From: a virus
Length of the DNA stretch: 5,714 nt
Strand: one strand, 5' to 3'
IMG/VR virus record: IMGVR_UViG_3300045988_001675
Coordinates: 1-5,714 of that record
Below, one piece after another: positions 4,477-5,714 of this stretch (positions are counted from its first letter, which is position 1; each line of letters begins with the position of its first letter). The notes under the pieces are model-generated. The model worked only from the letters and a program-made list of their open reading frames with translations. It had not been told where the DNA came from and made no database searches. Position numbers and translations under genes: made by a program.

Positions 4477-4879
4477 ACGATACGAAGAAGGGCGAAAGCC
4501 CTTCTTTTCAAATCCGGGCGAAAAAGAACAGAAACAATACGTCTGGGCAAAAGACGAAAACGGGAAAGAGTACCTTCAGGAAACAGAACCTATCGACATT
4601 CAAGCCGAAATCGAAAGCTATGCAGACGAGTGCGATATAAAAAGCATCGTACGAAAAGCAAGTTTCGACCCGGAATTTCTAAAAAGTCTGTCACAAGGCG
4701 CATTAACCACAGAAGAAACGCCACTCGTGGACATCACGGAATTTCCGCAGAATATCCACGAATACCATCAAATGATTGCAACGGCACAGGCAAATGCCAT
4801 TAAACTGGCAAAACAACAGGAAATGGCAAAAGCAGAGCCTGAGCAGAAAACCGAAGTAAAGGAGGAAAAGAAAGAATGA
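4469..4879 (+). CDS. VP3: Internal scaffolding protein (gokushovirus VP3-like), 136 aa
   Basis: It sits immediately upstream of the capsid gene and is translationally coupled to it (ATGA at 4876-4879). It overlaps the preceding ORF by 8 nt. It is an acidic, helical protein with a K/E-rich C-terminal tail, of size and character typical of VP3 scaffolds. Motif-level recognition is moderate only. Confidence 0.7.
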   Translation: MNKRYEEGRKPFFSNPGEKEQKQYVWAKDENGKEYLQETEPIDIQAEIESYADECDIKSIVRKASFDPEFLKSLSQGALTTEETPLVDITEFPQNIHEYHQMIATAQANAIKLAKQQEMAKAEPEQKTEVKEEKKE

Positions 4880-5714
4880 ACAGAAACAACGAAAGGCACT
4901 TTCTGAACGTACCACAGATGCACACCAGCAGAACACGTTTCAATCGTGACCAAACGATTCTTACCACGTTCGACAGCGGAGCACTAATTCCATTCTTTGT
5001 AGACGAAGTATTACCGGGCGACACCTTCCAAGTGAATACAAGTGCTATCATCCGTATGAGTACGCCAAAATATCCGGTTATGGATGACGCATTCATTGAC
5101 TTCTACTATTTCTACTGTCCAAACAGGATCATCTGGGATGACTTCAAAAAGTTCATGGGAGAAGCAGATGAAACGCCTTGGGAACCCAACAAGACGTATA
5201 AAGTGCCACAAATCCAGCTTGGAACCGGAGAAAAAGACGGATTAGCACAACCGTACGAAGGAAGCGTGCTTGACTATATGGGAGTGCCTACAAAAAGCAT
5301 ACCATCCGGAACTAAAGCGGAAAAAGTCAACGCACTGCCGGTAAGAGCATATGTAAAAATCTGGAATGAATATTTCAGGGATCAAAACGTAGACAATCCG
5401 GCAACGCTGAGAACGAACAGCGAGGACATCGATTACGGTGACCGTGCCGACAGCACGAGCTTAGAATTGGGCTGGGCAACAGCATACAGCGGTGGCAGAT
5501 GCCTACCGGTAAACAAATTCCACGACTATTTCACAAGCTGTTTGCCATATCCACAGCGAGGACCGGAAATTAAATTGCCGATATCAGGAAATGCAGCAGT
5601 AAGAGGATATAAAGACTTGAATTACAAAAATGTAATCCAAGCAAACGTCATACCCGTAATCAACGGAGCGATAACAGAAGAAGCAGAAGTAAGCGTAACA
5701 CCAAATTACGCAGA
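4876..5714 (+). CDS. VP1: Major capsid protein (Microviridae VP1 / F-family), N-terminal part; 3'-partial in the window and continues at 1..872
   Basis: ATG at 4876 is preceded by aggagg (4860-4865). No stop occurs before the window end, which is why it is absent from the ORF track. The translation MNRNNERHFLNVPQMHTSRTRFNRDQTILTTFDSGALIPFFVDEVLPGDTFQVNTSAIIRMSTPKYPVMDDAFIDFYYFYCPNRIIWDDF...ALPVRAYVKIWNEYFRDQNV... is an unmistakable microvirus capsid N-terminus. Confidence 0.95.
   Translation, partial: MNRNNERHFLNVPQMHTSRTRFNRDQTILTTFDSGALIPFFVDEVLPGDTFQVNTSAIIRMSTPKYPVMDDAFIDFYYFYCPNRIIWDDFKKFMGEADETPWEPNKTYKVPQIQLGTGEKDGLAQPYEGSVLDYMGVPTKSIPSGTKAEKVNALPVRAYVKIWNEYFRDQNVDNPATLRTNSEDIDYGDRADSTSLELGWATAYSGGRCLPVNKFHDYFTSCLPYPQRGPEIKLPISGNAAVRGYKDLNYKNVIQANVIPVINGAITEEAEVSVTPNYA
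5660..5714. repeat. Right copy of the exact 55-nt terminal duplication (identical to 1..55)
   Basis: A base-by-base match to 1..55. The capsid reading frame is preserved through the junction. Confidence 0.95.

Noticed and set aside
99-5211. All minus-strand ORFs on the track (99-296, 562-768, 908-1225, 933-1196, 2202-2519, 3263-3490, 3870-4130, 4079-4345, 4703-4936, 4768-4953, 4800-5096, 5011-5211)
   Set aside because: Each lies antisense to a well-supported + strand gene. Their Cys/Ser/Phe/Leu-rich products are what the complement of an A-rich, purine-rich coding strand yields. No SD sequences are present, and microviruses transcribe a single strand. The hydrophobic 3870-4130 ORF is tempting as a holin, but it is the mirror image of the K/E-rich 74-aa ORF.

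Overview
The window appears to be one complete, circularly permuted genome of a small ssDNA phage of the family Microviridae (Gokushovirinae-like gene set). Bases 1-55 are repeated exactly at 5660-5714, so the unit circle is 5659 nt. The major capsid gene starts at 4876, runs off the 3' end and continues in frame at the 5' end to the stop at 870-872. All credible genes lie on the + strand. In order they are: VP1 capsid (split by the linearisation point), an intrinsic terminator, VP2 pilot/minor capsid protein, VP4 rolling-circle Rep, a 564-nt non-coding region, a perfect consensus sigma70 promoter, an M15-family zinc peptidase (endolysin-like), two small orphan ORFs, a 40-aa J/ORF8-like basic DNA-binding protein, a VP5-like protein and the VP3 scaffold. 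Two things do not fit the standard microvirus plan. (a) The non-coding region is oversized and highly structured. It holds a 13-bp hairpin, a GC-only alternating pyrimidine-purine hairpin, about 10 same-orientation TGTTGAAA iteron-like repeats including a 3x tandem 9-mer, and a second alternating CG tract. (b) There is a promoter-equipped muralytic peptidase cassette with no recognisable holin or membrane partner. A Shine-Dalgarno / terminator-hairpin / start-codon arrangement in front of VP2 is also notable. All calls come from reading and translating the sequence by eye; no database search was run.
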